The translations under genes and the position numbers were made by a program. From NCBI GenBank assembly GCA_034003325.1, contig JAVEYW010000002.1:214189-278188 (forward strand): DNA of 64,000 bases, read 5' to 3'. Positions within the stretch are counted from its first letter, which is position 1. The number at the start of each line of letters is the position of its first letter. Shown here piece by piece: positions 49,155-59,291 of this stretch. The stretch is from Desulfobacterales bacterium (GTDB taxonomy: Bacteria > Desulfobacterota > Desulfobacteria > Desulfobacterales > JAFDDL01). The notes below the pieces were generated by a model that was not told where the DNA came from, made no database searches, and saw only the letters and a program-made list of their open reading frames with translations.

Positions 49155-49690
49155 ATTTTCTTCCCCCTATAAAAACCATCTGTTTTAATTGATAGAAAAA
49201 TAAACACGCCGCCGTTGTTGTCAATCCGAAGTCACCGGGTGCAATAAAAGCCAGTCCCCTTTACACTTTCTGAAAATCACCGTACCCGGGTGGCAAACCC
49301 GGAAAGAAACGAATGGATAACCGCTTTCCGATTTGGGACTAACCTTTCTTTTCATATACCATAACCGCGCGTTAGATTCAGGAAAAACGGCTTCGAATGA
49401 CTTTTTGCTTGACAACTATCTAAATTTGAAAGAGATTTAACGAAAAAGCCCGTTAAACAGAAGCGGCAATACGGTAGTGTGAGCGATATGACTTGCTATC
49501 GGTTGCACAGCACATGACCATCGGCGGCGGCCCGCGTTAACTGACGTCCCGATTGTCTTCCTTCGCCCTAATTTCATCGCAGCACAAGCACCCATAAACA
49601 GGACGCATGATCGTTGTGTAGCACCCTATGAACAGGCCGATGCACCATGGATTATTCTTTCACCAATTAAACCATAAGGGGGGAGAGCCT

Positions 49691-51613
49691 ATGAGACGCA
49701 AGTCCATGAACCCGTTTTGCCGGCGGAAACGACCTGCCGGCCATTTATTGTGGGGCCTTGCCGTGATGTTCTTATTGGTTTCACCGGCGGCGGGGTTTCA
49801 GTTTAATGCCGGAGACATGCAGGGCAGCCTGGACACCACGCTTTCCTATGGCCTAAGTTGGCGTGTGGCGGAGAGGGACGAGGAGATTGTCGGTCTGGCC
49901 AACGGTGGCAAGGCATACTCCGTCAATGGGGATGACGGCAATCTTAATTTCGGAAGAGAAATTTTCAGCAATGCCGTAAAAGCGACTTCGGAGTTGGACC
50001 TTAAGTACAAAAACGTTGGTGTGTTCGTCAGAGGCTCCGGGTTTTACGATTTTGAGTACAAGGACGGCAACAGGGATCACATAGATCTGACCGACGAGGC
50101 CTTGGACCTGGTCGGTTCGGATGTGCGACTGCTGGATGCCTATTTCTCCGCAGGCTTTGATTTGCTGGGCAGACCCGTTGAGTTTCGAATCGGCGAGCAG
50201 CTCGTCAGTTGGGGAGAGAGCACCTTTTTTCAGAACAGCATCAACACCATCAACCCCGTGGATGTCAGCGCCATTCGTTTGCCCGGCGCGGAGCTTAAAG
50301 AAGCGCTGCTGCCCGAAGGCATGATTTACGCCGCCATCGGCTTGAGCGAGATGATCTCGGTAGAGGGCTTTTATCTCTATGACTGGGATAACACGGATAT
50401 TGACCCGCCCGGCTCCTATTTCAGCACCAGCGATTTTGCCGGTGACGGCGGCAGCCGCGTGATGCTGGGGTGGGGAAGGGTGTGGGAGTTCGGGACGAAT
50501 TTGGGACCGCTGGGATTTGATCCGGATTTTCTGGCGGTCGGCAGAGCGGCCGATCAGGATGCGGACGATGACGGCCAGTTCGGCGTCGCACTTCGTTTGT
50601 TTACACCGATGCTGGCGGATGCGGAGTTCGGCTTTTACTTTATGAATTATCATAGCCGGGTTCCCGTGATCAGTGCTCAAACCGGAACGGTGGCCGGGGT
50701 CGACTTATCCTCCTCAGCCGCATTCGGTGCCAGGGTCGCCAATTTGACGGCGGCGGGTTTCCCCTACGCCACGGCTGTTTCCACCGCCGCAAGCCTGTCT
50801 GTCGATGCCTATTCCCAAACGGCCCGGTATTTTCTGGAGTATCCGGAAGATATTCAACTCTTCGGCGTCAGCTTCAACACGGATCTTGGCACCTCCGGCA
50901 TCGCGTTGCAGGGGGAAGTCTCCCATCGCCGGGATGTTCCGTTGCAGGTGGATGATATTGAGTTGCTGCTTGCGGCCCTCTCACCCATCGGATTTAACCC
51001 CGCCTATAAAGATAACCAACTGAGAGTGTTCGGTGCCGACGAGACCATTCACGGGTATATCGAAAAGGACATCACCCAGGTGCAAGCCACTGCAACCAAG
51101 GCTTTCGGGCCGACCCTTCGGGCGAACACCTTTATTTTGGTGGGAGAAGTCGGCTGGACGCATGTTCACAACATGCCCGATAAGGACGAGCTGCGGCTGG
51201 AATCTTCCGGCACCTACACCAGCGGAAACGCTTCTCAAAGTATTCTGCCGGGAACAGACCCCACGAAACCCTTCGGCGGCGCGCACGCCGGAATTGCCAG
51301 CGAGCCCTCCGACAACTTTGCGGATCAGGATTCCTGGGGATATCGAATCGCGGGCCGGCTGGAGTACAGCAACGCCGTTGGTCCCGTCGGCTTGACGCCG
51401 CATTTTGCCTGGCAGCACGATGTGCAGGGAAACAGCCCCGGTCCGGGCGGCAATTTCCTTGAGGGGAGAAAAGCGGTTACCTTGGGACTGACCGCCGGTT
51501 ATCTGACGAACCTGACCATGGATATCAGTTATACGTGCTTTTTCGGCGGCAGCCGATACAACCTGATCAATGACCGCGATTTTATCGGGGCCAATATCAA
51601 GTACTCATTCTGA
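49691..51613 (+). CDS. DUF1302-family predicted outer-membrane beta-barrel protein
   Basis: Signal peptide, then FQFNAGDMQGSLDTTLSYGLSWRV and a C-terminal aromatic residue (..IKYSF). The ORF track starts at 49628; ATG 49691 has the SD GGGGGGAGAG. Confidence 0.8.
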   Translation: MRRKSMNPFCRRKRPAGHLLWGLAVMFLLVSPAAGFQFNAGDMQGSLDTTLSYGLSWRVAERDEEIVGLANGGKAYSVNGDDGNLNFGREIFSNAVKATSELDLKYKNVGVFVRGSGFYDFEYKDGNRDHIDLTDEALDLVGSDVRLLDAYFSAGFDLLGRPVEFRIGEQLVSWGESTFFQNSINTINPVDVSAIRLPGAELKEALLPEGMIYAAIGLSEMISVEGFYLYDWDNTDIDPPGSYFSTSDFAGDGGSRVMLGWGRVWEFGTNLGPLGFDPDFLAVGRAADQDADDDGQFGVALRLFTPMLADAEFGFYFMNYHSRVPVISAQTGTVAGVDLSSSAAFGARVANLTAAGFPYATAVSTAASLSVDAYSQTARYFLEYPEDIQLFGVSFNTDLGTSGIALQGEVSHRRDVPLQVDDIELLLAALSPIGFNPAYKDNQLRVFGADETIHGYIEKDITQVQATATKAFGPTLRANTFILVGEVGWTHVHNMPDKDELRLESSGTYTSGNASQSILPGTDPTKPFGGAHAGIASEPSDNFADQDSWGYRIAGRLEYSNAVGPVGLTPHFAWQHDVQGNSPGPGGNFLEGRKAVTLGLTAGYLTNLTMDISYTCFFGGSRYNLINDRDFIGANIKYSF

Positions 51614-51630
51614 AAAAAGGGGAGGATGTT

Positions 51631-52992
51631 ATGGTTAAAAATGTTTTTATTTGTTTCAGTCTTTCCCTGCTGCTCGCTGTCGGCGCCTCGGTGGCCGTGG
51701 GCAAGCTGTCTATCGAGGAGATTGATCGGCTGGGCAAGGAGTTGACCCCGCTGGGGGGTGAAATGGCGGGAAATCAAGACGGCACGATTCCGCCCTGGAC
51801 CGGCGGCATCACGCAGCCACCCGAAGGGTATACGATCGGCATGCATCATCCCGACCCCTATGCAGCGGATACCGTTCTTTTTACGATTACCGCCGCCAAT
51901 ATGAATCAGTATAAAGACAAGCTCACGCCCGGTCACCAGGCCATGCTGCAACTCTATGACACCTTTAAACTCAACGTTTATCCGACCCACCGCAGCGCGG
52001 CCGTCCCTCAGCGCATCTATGAGGCCACAAAAAAAGTGGCGGCCACGGCCGAGATCGTCAACAACGGGGACGGCGTTCAAGGCACCGTGATCGGCATTCC
52101 CTTTCCCATTCCCAAACAAGGGGTTGAAGTCATCTGGAATCATTTGGTTCGGTACCGGGGAGAGATCGCACTCAGACTGTTCGCGCAGGCCGCGCCGACC
52201 CGAAACGGCCAATACACGCTGGTTCAATTTGAAGATGAGTTCGATTTGCTGTATTGCCATGTGGGGATGACCGAAGAAGGGCTCAATAATCGGATTGCTT
52301 ATTTCAAGCAGACGGTTACCGCACCGGCCCGACTCGCCGGGGGCATTCTTCTTGTGTATGAAACCCTCAACCAGGTCAAAGAACCCCGAAAAGCCTGGCT
52401 TTACAACCCGGGCCAACGCCGTGTCCGGCGGGCGCCCAATGTGGCCTACGACAATCCCGGAACCGCTTCGGACGGCGTTCGGACCAGCGATCAATTCGAC
52501 ATGTTCAATGGTGCTCCGGACCGGTATAATTGGCAATTGGTCGGAAAAAAAGAGATCTATGTGCCGTATAATTCCTATCAGCTTCACAGTGACAAGCTGA
52601 AATACAAGGATATTTTGACCCCATTGCACATCAACCCCGATTATTGCCGCTACGAACTTCACCGGGTGTGGGTGGTGGACGCCACGCTAAAGGACGGTGC
52701 CCGTCATCTTTATAAACGCCGCACCTTTTATGTGGACGAAGATTCCTGGCAGGTGCTCTTGGTCGATATCTATGATAACCGGGATCAGTTGTGGCGGGTT
52801 TCGGAAGGCCATGTCATCAATTATTACGAAAAACCCACCCTCTGGACGACACTTGAAGTGCACACGGATCTTCAATCGGGGCGCTATCTGGCCATCGGCC
52901 TGGACAATGAAAGCAGTATGTACGACTTTAATATTCAGCGAACGGCTGAAGATTATGTGCCTGCCGCATTGAGGCGGGAAGGCAAACGCTGA
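51631..52992 (+). CDS. DUF1329-family periplasmic/lipoprotein-sorting-like protein
   Basis: 453 aa. Signal peptide. GTIPPWTGG is the characteristic N-terminal motif as I recall it. It is always paired with DUF1302. Confidence 0.8.
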   Translation: MVKNVFICFSLSLLLAVGASVAVGKLSIEEIDRLGKELTPLGGEMAGNQDGTIPPWTGGITQPPEGYTIGMHHPDPYAADTVLFTITAANMNQYKDKLTPGHQAMLQLYDTFKLNVYPTHRSAAVPQRIYEATKKVAATAEIVNNGDGVQGTVIGIPFPIPKQGVEVIWNHLVRYRGEIALRLFAQAAPTRNGQYTLVQFEDEFDLLYCHVGMTEEGLNNRIAYFKQTVTAPARLAGGILLVYETLNQVKEPRKAWLYNPGQRRVRRAPNVAYDNPGTASDGVRTSDQFDMFNGAPDRYNWQLVGKKEIYVPYNSYQLHSDKLKYKDILTPLHINPDYCRYELHRVWVVDATLKDGARHLYKRRTFYVDEDSWQVLLVDIYDNRDQLWRVSEGHVINYYEKPTLWTTLEVHTDLQSGRYLAIGLDNESSMYDFNIQRTAEDYVPAALRREGKR

Positions 52993-53966
52993 TGCGCGTC
53001 ATGACCTGTCGGCGGATTCAATGGCTGTTGTATGCCGGTGTAGCCCTGACCATGATCTGGGGCGACCCGGCAGCGGCCCTTGAATCTGAATCCGAATCCG
53101 CTGAGATCATGCCCCTTGCCGCCCGATCCCTGCTGCTCGACGGCGTTATGCTGAAAAGCGGCCGGTGCGTGGTTGTGGGCGAGCGGGGGCATATTCTCTA
53201 TTCGGATGATCAGGGGGAAAGCTGGCATCAGGTGGCAGTTCCCACTCGGGCCACCCTCACGAGCGTTGCCTTTCATGATGATGCCACGGGCTGGGCCGCC
53301 GGTCACGATGCCGTGATTTTGATGACCCGTGACGGTGCAAAAACATGGGAAAAACTGCGTGACGCCCCGAAGGAAGAAAAACCCATTTTGGATTTATGGT
53401 GCGTTGATAGCCAAAACGGGTTTGCCGTCGGCGCCTATGGCTTGTTTCTTCAAACGAATGACGGGGGAAACACCTGGCGGCCGCACGTCATTATTGAAGA
53501 AGATCGCCATTTAAATCAGGTGGCTGCCGCATCAAATGGCAAATTCTATATCGCCGCCGAAGCCGGCCTGGCCTTGCGTTCCGTGGATGCCGGCCAAACC
53601 TGGCAGGATATCCGTGCCCCCTATGAAGGCTCTTTTTTCGGCCTGTTGCCCCTTGCCCATGACACGGTTTTGTTGTTCGGCTTGCGGGGGCATCTCTTTC
53701 GGTCCGAAGATGCCGGGGACGCGTGGGAAAAAATCGAGACCGGCACGGAAGCGATGCTCAACGCGGGCGTTCGGCTTTCAGACGGCCGGATCGTGATTGC
53801 GGGAAATGAAGGGACGCTGATCGTCAGCCGGGATGAGGGCCTTAGTTTCACCCTGCACCCGCAGGCGGACCGAAAAGGGATCTCTTGCCTTGTGCCGACG
53901 CAGGACAACCACCTGTTGTTGTTTGGCGAAGGCGGCGCTAAGAAGATTCCCGTCACCTTCGATTGA
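52992..53966 (+). CDS. BNR/Asp-box repeat beta-propeller protein (Ycf48-like)
   Basis: Six Asp-box-like repeats: SDDQGESW, TRDGAKTW, TNDGGNTW, SVDAGQTW, SEDAGDAW, SRDEGLSF. TGATG overlap with the upstream gene. Confidence 0.85.
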   Translation: MRVMTCRRIQWLLYAGVALTMIWGDPAAALESESESAEIMPLAARSLLLDGVMLKSGRCVVVGERGHILYSDDQGESWHQVAVPTRATLTSVAFHDDATGWAAGHDAVILMTRDGAKTWEKLRDAPKEEKPILDLWCVDSQNGFAVGAYGLFLQTNDGGNTWRPHVIIEEDRHLNQVAAASNGKFYIAAEAGLALRSVDAGQTWQDIRAPYEGSFFGLLPLAHDTVLLFGLRGHLFRSEDAGDAWEKIETGTEAMLNAGVRLSDGRIVIAGNEGTLIVSRDEGLSFTLHPQADRKGISCLVPTQDNHLLLFGEGGAKKIPVTFD

Positions 53967-53998
53967 TACCATGAGTGTCCGTTCATTAAGGAACCAGC

Positions 53999-56323
53999 AT
54001 GCATTTTTCCTTTTCCGTTTCGCGCCTTGAAACGTTCATTTTTGCTCATCGCCCATGGGTCATCGGCTTTTTTCTTGCCGTCACCCTGGTAATGGCCTAC
54101 TTTGCCTTTCAGCTGCGGGTGGATGCCGGATTCAGCAAACTTTTGCCGCTGCAACACGAATATATGAAAACCTACATGATGCATCGGCAGGAATTCGGCG
54201 GAGCGAACCGGGTGCTCATCGCATGCATGGTAAAAAAAGGCGATATTTTCACTCAGTCGTTTTTTGCGCTTTTTAAAGACGCTACCGATGAAGTCTTTTT
54301 TATTCCGGGCGTCGATCGGGCGCAGGTGTATTCCATCTTTACGCCCAATGTCCGGTTTACGGAGGTGGTGGAAGACGGCATTTCGGGCGGAAATGTGGTT
54401 CCTGATGATTTTCGCCCCACTCCGGAAGGGTTGGCCACCGTCCGAAAGAATATGCTCAAGGCCAATATCGTGGGAAGGCTGGTCGCCAATGATTTTTCGG
54501 GCGCCATTATCTCCGCCCAGCTTCTTGAGATCAATCCGAACACGGGCGAGAAGCTCAATTACATCGATGTCGCGCACGAGTTGGAGGAAAAGCTGCGAGC
54601 CAAATTCGAAGCCCGCGACGAGAATGTCACGGTTCACATCATCGGGTTTGCCAAGGTGATTGGGGATATATCCGACGGCGCCGGCCGCGTGGTGCTCTTT
54701 TTTGCTGTCAGCTTCATCATCACCGCCCTGTTGGTGTTTTTCTATACGCAATCCGTTAAACTGACGATCATTCCCCTGGCGGCATCCTTGATGGCCGTGG
54801 TGTGGCAGCTTGGCATGGTAACGGTGTTGGGTTTCGGCATGGATCCCATGGGAATCCTGGTGCCGTTTCTTATCTTTGCCATCGGCGTCAGCCACGGGGT
54901 TCAAATGGTCGGCGCCGTCCAGGCCGAGCTTTTTGACGGGGTCACCGGCTTTGATGCAGCGCGTAAAAGCTTTCGGCGGCTTCTGGTGCCGGGCGGCATC
55001 GCCCTGGCCAGCGATACGCTTGGGTTTATCACCATTTTGTTGATCACGGTTCAGATTATTCAGGAACTTGCCATTACGGCTAGCCTGGGCGTGGCGGCGA
55101 TCATCTTTACCAACCTGATACTGATTCCGGTGCTGCTTTCCTATCTTACCTTTAACGCCCGGTACATCGAGAAATTGGCGGCGCGCACTGCGCATTTGCG
55201 GCTGTTATGGCGCGGCTTGGCCCATGTCACCCATCCGCAGGTGACGCTGCTCGTGCTGGTGATTGCAGGAGGGTTTCTTGTTTATGGTCTTTTTAAGGCC
55301 AACAGCGTTCAAATCGGAGATCTTCACAGCGGTGTTCCGGAGCTGCGGGCCAATTCGCAATATAACCTCGACAGCCGGATTATCAGTGAAAAATTCTCCA
55401 TCGGCGTGGACATGATTTCGGTGATTGTGGAAACCGCCCCGGAAGGCTGCATTGATTATGACATCATGACCCTGATCGATCGATTTGCCTGGCATATGCA
55501 AAATGTGCCCGGCGTTCAATCGGTCGTATCTTTGCCGCAACTTGCCAAAACGATCAACGCCGGGTGGAACGAGGGCAGCATGAAATGGCGCATTCTGCCG
55601 CGCAATCGGGATGTGATGGTTCAGGCGGTCGCCTATGTGCCCACGAGCAGCGGCCTGTTGAACACGGACGGCTCCGTGATGCCGGTCATGATCTTCACCC
55701 GGGACCACCGGGCTCAAACCATTTCCGGAATCGTGTCCGCGGTTAAATCCTTTCGGACTCAACATGGCACGGAAAAAGTACGGTTCAGACTTGCGACCGG
55801 CAATGTCGGTGTCATGGCGGCCACCAATGAAGAGGTTGCGGCCTCTCAGTTTCCGATCCTGATGTACCTTTTTTCCGCTATTATTTTACTGTGCCTGGTG
55901 ACCTTTCGGTCGGTTCGGGCGACGCTGTGTATTGTTCTACCGCTGGGGCTGGTTTCCATTCTGGCTTATGCGCTGATGAGCGCGCTTGAGATCGGGCTGA
56001 AGGTGTCCACGCTGCCCGTGGTGGCCCTGGGTGTCGGCATCGGTGTGGATTACGGCATCTACATTTACAACCGCCTGGAAAGCATTCTGATAACCGGGGA
56101 ACCCCTTGAGGAGGCCTTTCATCGCACCCTTCAAATTACGGGCGTCGGGGTGCTCTTCACCGGCCTGACGTTGGGCATCGGCGTGGCCACCTGGATTTTT
56201 TCCCCGCTGAAATTTCAGGCGGATATGGGCATTCTTTTGACCTTCATGTTCCTGGTCAATATGTTGGGCGCCATTTTTCTGTTGCCGGCCCTGGCCCGCG
56301 TACTGTTGCCGTCAAAACAATAA
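53999..56323 (+). CDS. RND-superfamily transporter (MMPL/HpnN-like)
   Basis: 774 aa, organised as two blocks of one TM helix, a periplasmic loop, then five TM helices. Confidence 0.85.
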   Translation: MHFSFSVSRLETFIFAHRPWVIGFFLAVTLVMAYFAFQLRVDAGFSKLLPLQHEYMKTYMMHRQEFGGANRVLIACMVKKGDIFTQSFFALFKDATDEVFFIPGVDRAQVYSIFTPNVRFTEVVEDGISGGNVVPDDFRPTPEGLATVRKNMLKANIVGRLVANDFSGAIISAQLLEINPNTGEKLNYIDVAHELEEKLRAKFEARDENVTVHIIGFAKVIGDISDGAGRVVLFFAVSFIITALLVFFYTQSVKLTIIPLAASLMAVVWQLGMVTVLGFGMDPMGILVPFLIFAIGVSHGVQMVGAVQAELFDGVTGFDAARKSFRRLLVPGGIALASDTLGFITILLITVQIIQELAITASLGVAAIIFTNLILIPVLLSYLTFNARYIEKLAARTAHLRLLWRGLAHVTHPQVTLLVLVIAGGFLVYGLFKANSVQIGDLHSGVPELRANSQYNLDSRIISEKFSIGVDMISVIVETAPEGCIDYDIMTLIDRFAWHMQNVPGVQSVVSLPQLAKTINAGWNEGSMKWRILPRNRDVMVQAVAYVPTSSGLLNTDGSVMPVMIFTRDHRAQTISGIVSAVKSFRTQHGTEKVRFRLATGNVGVMAATNEEVAASQFPILMYLFSAIILLCLVTFRSVRATLCIVLPLGLVSILAYALMSALEIGLKVSTLPVVALGVGIGVDYGIYIYNRLESILITGEPLEEAFHRTLQITGVGVLFTGLTLGIGVATWIFSPLKFQADMGILLTFMFLVNMLGAIFLLPALARVLLPSKQ

Positions 56324-57697
56324 AAAATATTTTTCCAGAATATCCCGATAGGTATAGATGGCGTTGACATATTGGACCGGCTCCATGCCGCGGGCATACC
56401 CGTTTCTAAGGGACGCGTAATATTTTTCCTGGGTCAGCAGCGGCAAGACTTCCTGCAAATCCTTCCATGAGTCCGGATTTTTCCCCAACCTTCCCGCCAA
56501 GTCCCGGGCGTCGGTGATATGCCCCAACCCGACATTATAGGCTGCCAGTGCAAATTTTACCCGGTTTTCTCCATTCACGGTTTCCGGTATGCGAGTCAAT
56601 AATTCCGTCAGGTACGCCGCGCCGCCCTTAATGCTGTTTTCCGGGTTGACGCGGTCATTAATCCCCATCGCTGCCGCGGTTTTTTCCGTCAGCATCATAA
56701 TCCCTTTGACGCCGGTGGGACTTTCGGCCAAGTTATCCCAGTGGGATTCCTGATAGGCCTGCGCGGCCAGAAGCTCCCACGGCATTCGGCTATTCACCGA
56801 GGCATCGAGAAACAGAGGCATGAGTCTGGGCAGCCGGCTTTTAATCCGGCGATGGAACATCTTATAGTCGACGTAATTTAACAGGTTTTTGATTCCGAAA
56901 TAATGGTCGTTCAGTTCCGAAAGTTTTCCGGAAGCGTGAAACCGCTCAAACCAATCCGCCAATTCCTCCCGAAGCCAACGGCTGCCCGGTTTCAGCACCC
57001 ACCCCAGCGGCTCTTCTTCATTGAGAGAAAAAGCGACCGCCAGTTCCGGAAAATATCGCCTGTTGATCGCGACAATATTTGAGTCGGCAATCGTGCAATC
57101 GATTTCTTTCCGCCACAGCTTTTCAAGAATTTCTTCGATGGACAGGTGATCGGTCGCCGCCCAGGTCAACCCCGGCACTGTTTTTTCAAGTTCCCTTAAT
57201 AGCGCCTCATTGCGGCTGTCTTTGATGACCAAAATATGATATCCGGCCAATTCATTCGCATTCCTGGGCCTTCGGGCGCCACGGCGGTAAACCACTTGTT
57301 GCTGAACCGAATGGTAAACCGGGCCGAACAGATGGGCGGCACTCCGTTCAGCGGTTTTGGCGATACCGGCCGCAGCGATGTCGGCGTCCCCCGCCTCGAT
57401 CGCCTGAAGGATTTCGCCGACATGTGTCATCGTTTTGATTGAAAGCTTGACTTTCAGATGGTCGGCGAATTGGGATATCATGTCGTATTCATATCCCATC
57501 GGCCCTACCGATCCCACGTAATAAGTGGTGGGCGCATTTCTGGTTAAAACCGTCAGAACACCCTTTTCGAGAATGGACTCCAGCGTGCTTTTTGGCTTCT
57601 TATAGGGAATGGGGTGGTTGGTCAGCGCAATATAGGCAACAATTTCAATGGCAAGAAATATCGCTAAAAAGGCCACCAGTCTTTCGGCCCGAATCAT
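56312..57697 (-). CDS. mltF: Membrane-bound lytic murein transglycosylase F
   Basis: N-terminal solute-binding-like domain plus an SLT domain (AQAYQESHWD, AYNVGLGH). Confidence 0.9.
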   Translation of the reverse strand: MIRAERLVAFLAIFLAIEIVAYIALTNHPIPYKKPKSTLESILEKGVLTVLTRNAPTTYYVGSVGPMGYEYDMISQFADHLKVKLSIKTMTHVGEILQAIEAGDADIAAAGIAKTAERSAAHLFGPVYHSVQQQVVYRRGARRPRNANELAGYHILVIKDSRNEALLRELEKTVPGLTWAATDHLSIEEILEKLWRKEIDCTIADSNIVAINRRYFPELAVAFSLNEEEPLGWVLKPGSRWLREELADWFERFHASGKLSELNDHYFGIKNLLNYVDYKMFHRRIKSRLPRLMPLFLDASVNSRMPWELLAAQAYQESHWDNLAESPTGVKGIMMLTEKTAAAMGINDRVNPENSIKGGAAYLTELLTRIPETVNGENRVKFALAAYNVGLGHITDARDLAGRLGKNPDSWKDLQEVLPLLTQEKYYASLRNGYARGMEPVQYVNAIYTYRDILEKYFLLF

Positions 57698-57715
57698 GAC
57701 GACTCTCCTTGTTTG

Positions 57716-58240
57716 TTACGTTTTGCTCAAAAGGAGATCGCGATAAATCCTTTCGTCCTTTTCGGAAAACAAAACAAAACTTACTTTTTTGATTAAATCG
57801 TTTTTAGCCAGAAATTCACCCGTTGTGCGAATCGCGATACGGGCGGCCGCATTCATCGGATACCCGTAAACACCACAACTGATGGCGGGAAACGCAATGG
57901 TGGTCAGTGAATGCGCCGCCGCCAGATTCAGGCTGTTTTTGTAACAGGCGGACAGTAGAATGGCATCCTTTTCGGTTCCACTGTAAACCGGCCCGACCGT
58001 ATGGATAACATATCGGGCCGGCAGATGATATCCTTTAGTGATCTTAGCTTCTCCGGTGGCACATCCGCCCAGGGTTCGGCATTCTGCCAACAACTCCGGA
58101 CCTGCAGCCCGGTGAATGGCGCCGTCCACGCCGCCGCCGCCCAGCAGCGATTTATTGGCGGCATTGACAATGGCATCCACTTTCAAGCGGGTAATGTCAC
58201 CGCAAACAATTTCCATTTTATCGAGAATCGATTTTTGCAT
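57716..58240 (-). CDS. ymdB: Macro-domain protein (O-acetyl-ADP-ribose deacetylase-like)
   Basis: [39 protein letters not shown]. Confidence 0.9.
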   Translation of the reverse strand: MQKSILDKMEIVCGDITRLKVDAIVNAANKSLLGGGGVDGAIHRAAGPELLAECRTLGGCATGEAKITKGYHLPARYVIHTVGPVYSGTEKDAILLSACYKNSLNLAAAHSLTTIAFPAISCGVYGYPMNAAARIAIRTTGEFLAKNDLIKKVSFVLFSEKDERIYRDLLLSKT

Positions 58241-58273
58241 GTTTCATCCCGTCCTTTGTTGATCCGTCAGGCA

Positions 58274-58771
58274 TCACAGCAGGTCGTAAAGCGTATCATC
58301 CTTTGCCGGCAAGGAGCGCCTCTGGGCCGGGCCCGTTTTTCCTTTGCCATCCGGCAGAATGAAAGGATCCTCGCTTTCCAGTACATCGCCCATCTCCGCT
58401 TCAATGGAATCCGGGTCTTCTCCTTGCGCCATGCGGCGAAGGGCTTCGCTCATGCCCGGCCCCAGTTCAAGCCCTGTCATGTCGGTGAGTTTTCGCATTA
58501 AATCGGCGGCCTGACGGGGATCTTCCTCATTGATATGTTCCGCTTCCCGGCCGAGCAGCGCCATGGCGCGCTCCAGTTTTTGCTCATCGATCGGCATATC
58601 CGTGTCGGCCTCATCGGAGGCCCGACCGGTCACCGCGAAAACGGATACCTGGCGGGTCAGGGTGTCGCTCTTGCACTTCGGGCAAAAAGGCACGGCGGCG
58701 GTGTTGACGGTTTTGGAAAAAAAATTATAAATGGTATGGCAAACCCCACAATAAAACTCATAAATCGGCAT
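58274..58771 (-). CDS. FmdB-family zinc-ribbon protein with an acidic C-terminal extension
   Basis: MPIYEFYCGVCHTIY..CPKCKS (CxxC..CxxC). 165 aa. Confidence 0.8.
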   Translation of the reverse strand: MPIYEFYCGVCHTIYNFFSKTVNTAAVPFCPKCKSDTLTRQVSVFAVTGRASDEADTDMPIDEQKLERAMALLGREAEHINEEDPRQAADLMRKLTDMTGLELGPGMSEALRRMAQGEDPDSIEAEMGDVLESEDPFILPDGKGKTGPAQRRSLPAKDDTLYDLL

Positions 58772-58957
58772 GCCAAATCCTTTCTCAAATTAAGCAACTG
58801 TTTTTAATTGTTAAAACAAAATCGATCGCTAATATAGAATAAAGATTTTTTTCCTGTCAATGGTTTTGCTGCGCCTTATCGCGGCATTTGTTCCCCCGCC
58901 CGGCGCCCAAAATCCGCGCCGCCCCAATTCAATCGCGGCCGGAGGGGCTTATTTCCC

Positions 58958-58986
58958 TTGACAGATCCCGGATTCAAATGTTATCG
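58958..58986 (+). promoter_or_regulatory. Putative promoter of tRNA-Val
   Basis: TTGACA (58958-63), a 17-nt spacer, then TTATCG (58981-86), about 15 nt before the tRNA 5' end. Confidence 0.35.
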
Positions 58987-59001
58987 GAGAGCCCATTATT
59001 A

Positions 59002-59076
59002 AGGCACGTAGCTCAGTGGGAGAGCGCTACCCTGACACGGTAGAAGTCGTTGGTTCAAACCCAATCGTGCCTACCA
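59002..59076 (+). tRNA. tRNA-Val (anticodon GAC), CCA encoded
   Basis: Cloverleaf folded by hand. Acceptor AGGCACG/CGTGCCT; D arm GCTC-AGTGGGA-GAGC; anticodon arm CTACC-CTGACAC-GGTAG; T arm GTTGG-TTCAAAC-CCAAT; then A-CCA. Confidence 0.95.
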
Positions 59077-59089
59077 TTTAAAGCAATTT

Positions 59090-59123
59090 GTTTTGGTCCC
59101 CCTCTCTGGTGGGGGACCAAAAC
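59090..59123. repeat. Perfect 13-bp inverted repeat (stem-loop) immediately downstream of tRNA-Val
   Basis: GTTTTGGTCCCCC (59090-102), 8-nt loop, GGGGGACCAAAAC (59111-123). There is no 3' U-tract on either strand, so it is not a classical terminator. Confidence 0.7.
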
Positions 59124-59291
59124 AAAAAATCCACCCGGTGCACCAGCCCCCGACCTTTTTTACTTTAATCCGTTTCCATGAAACAACCTCGAAAATTTTT
59201 CTCACCGCTGTTGTTAGAATTATTGCCAAATCCTATTAAATTTTTTGGATAAATATCGTTTTTGGGCTCAACCTATAGGCATTTGTGCCTA

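Noticed and set aside
49155-49690. Search for CIRCE, sigma32 or other heat-shock control elements upstream of clpB, and for a riboswitch ahead of the DUF1302 operon
   Set aside because: There is no TTAGCACTC-N9-GAGTGCTAA palindrome and no convincing CTTGAAA/CCCCAT pair. The 64-aa ORF at 49221-49415 lacks an SD and motifs. Nothing can be supported by eye.
51529-52662. 377-aa minus-strand ORF
   Set aside because: It is antisense to the DUF1302 end and the DUF1329 gene. It has no SD and no motifs. Shadow ORF.
53621-55195. 524-aa minus-strand ORF
   Set aside because: It is antisense to the BNR and RND transporter genes. The translation is Arg/Gly/His-rich with no membrane or enzymatic motifs. 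Shadow ORF.
56312-56323. 12-bp overlap of the convergent RND transporter and mltF 3' ends
   Set aside because: Short convergent overlaps are common in compact genomes. No hairpin or other signal is associated with it.
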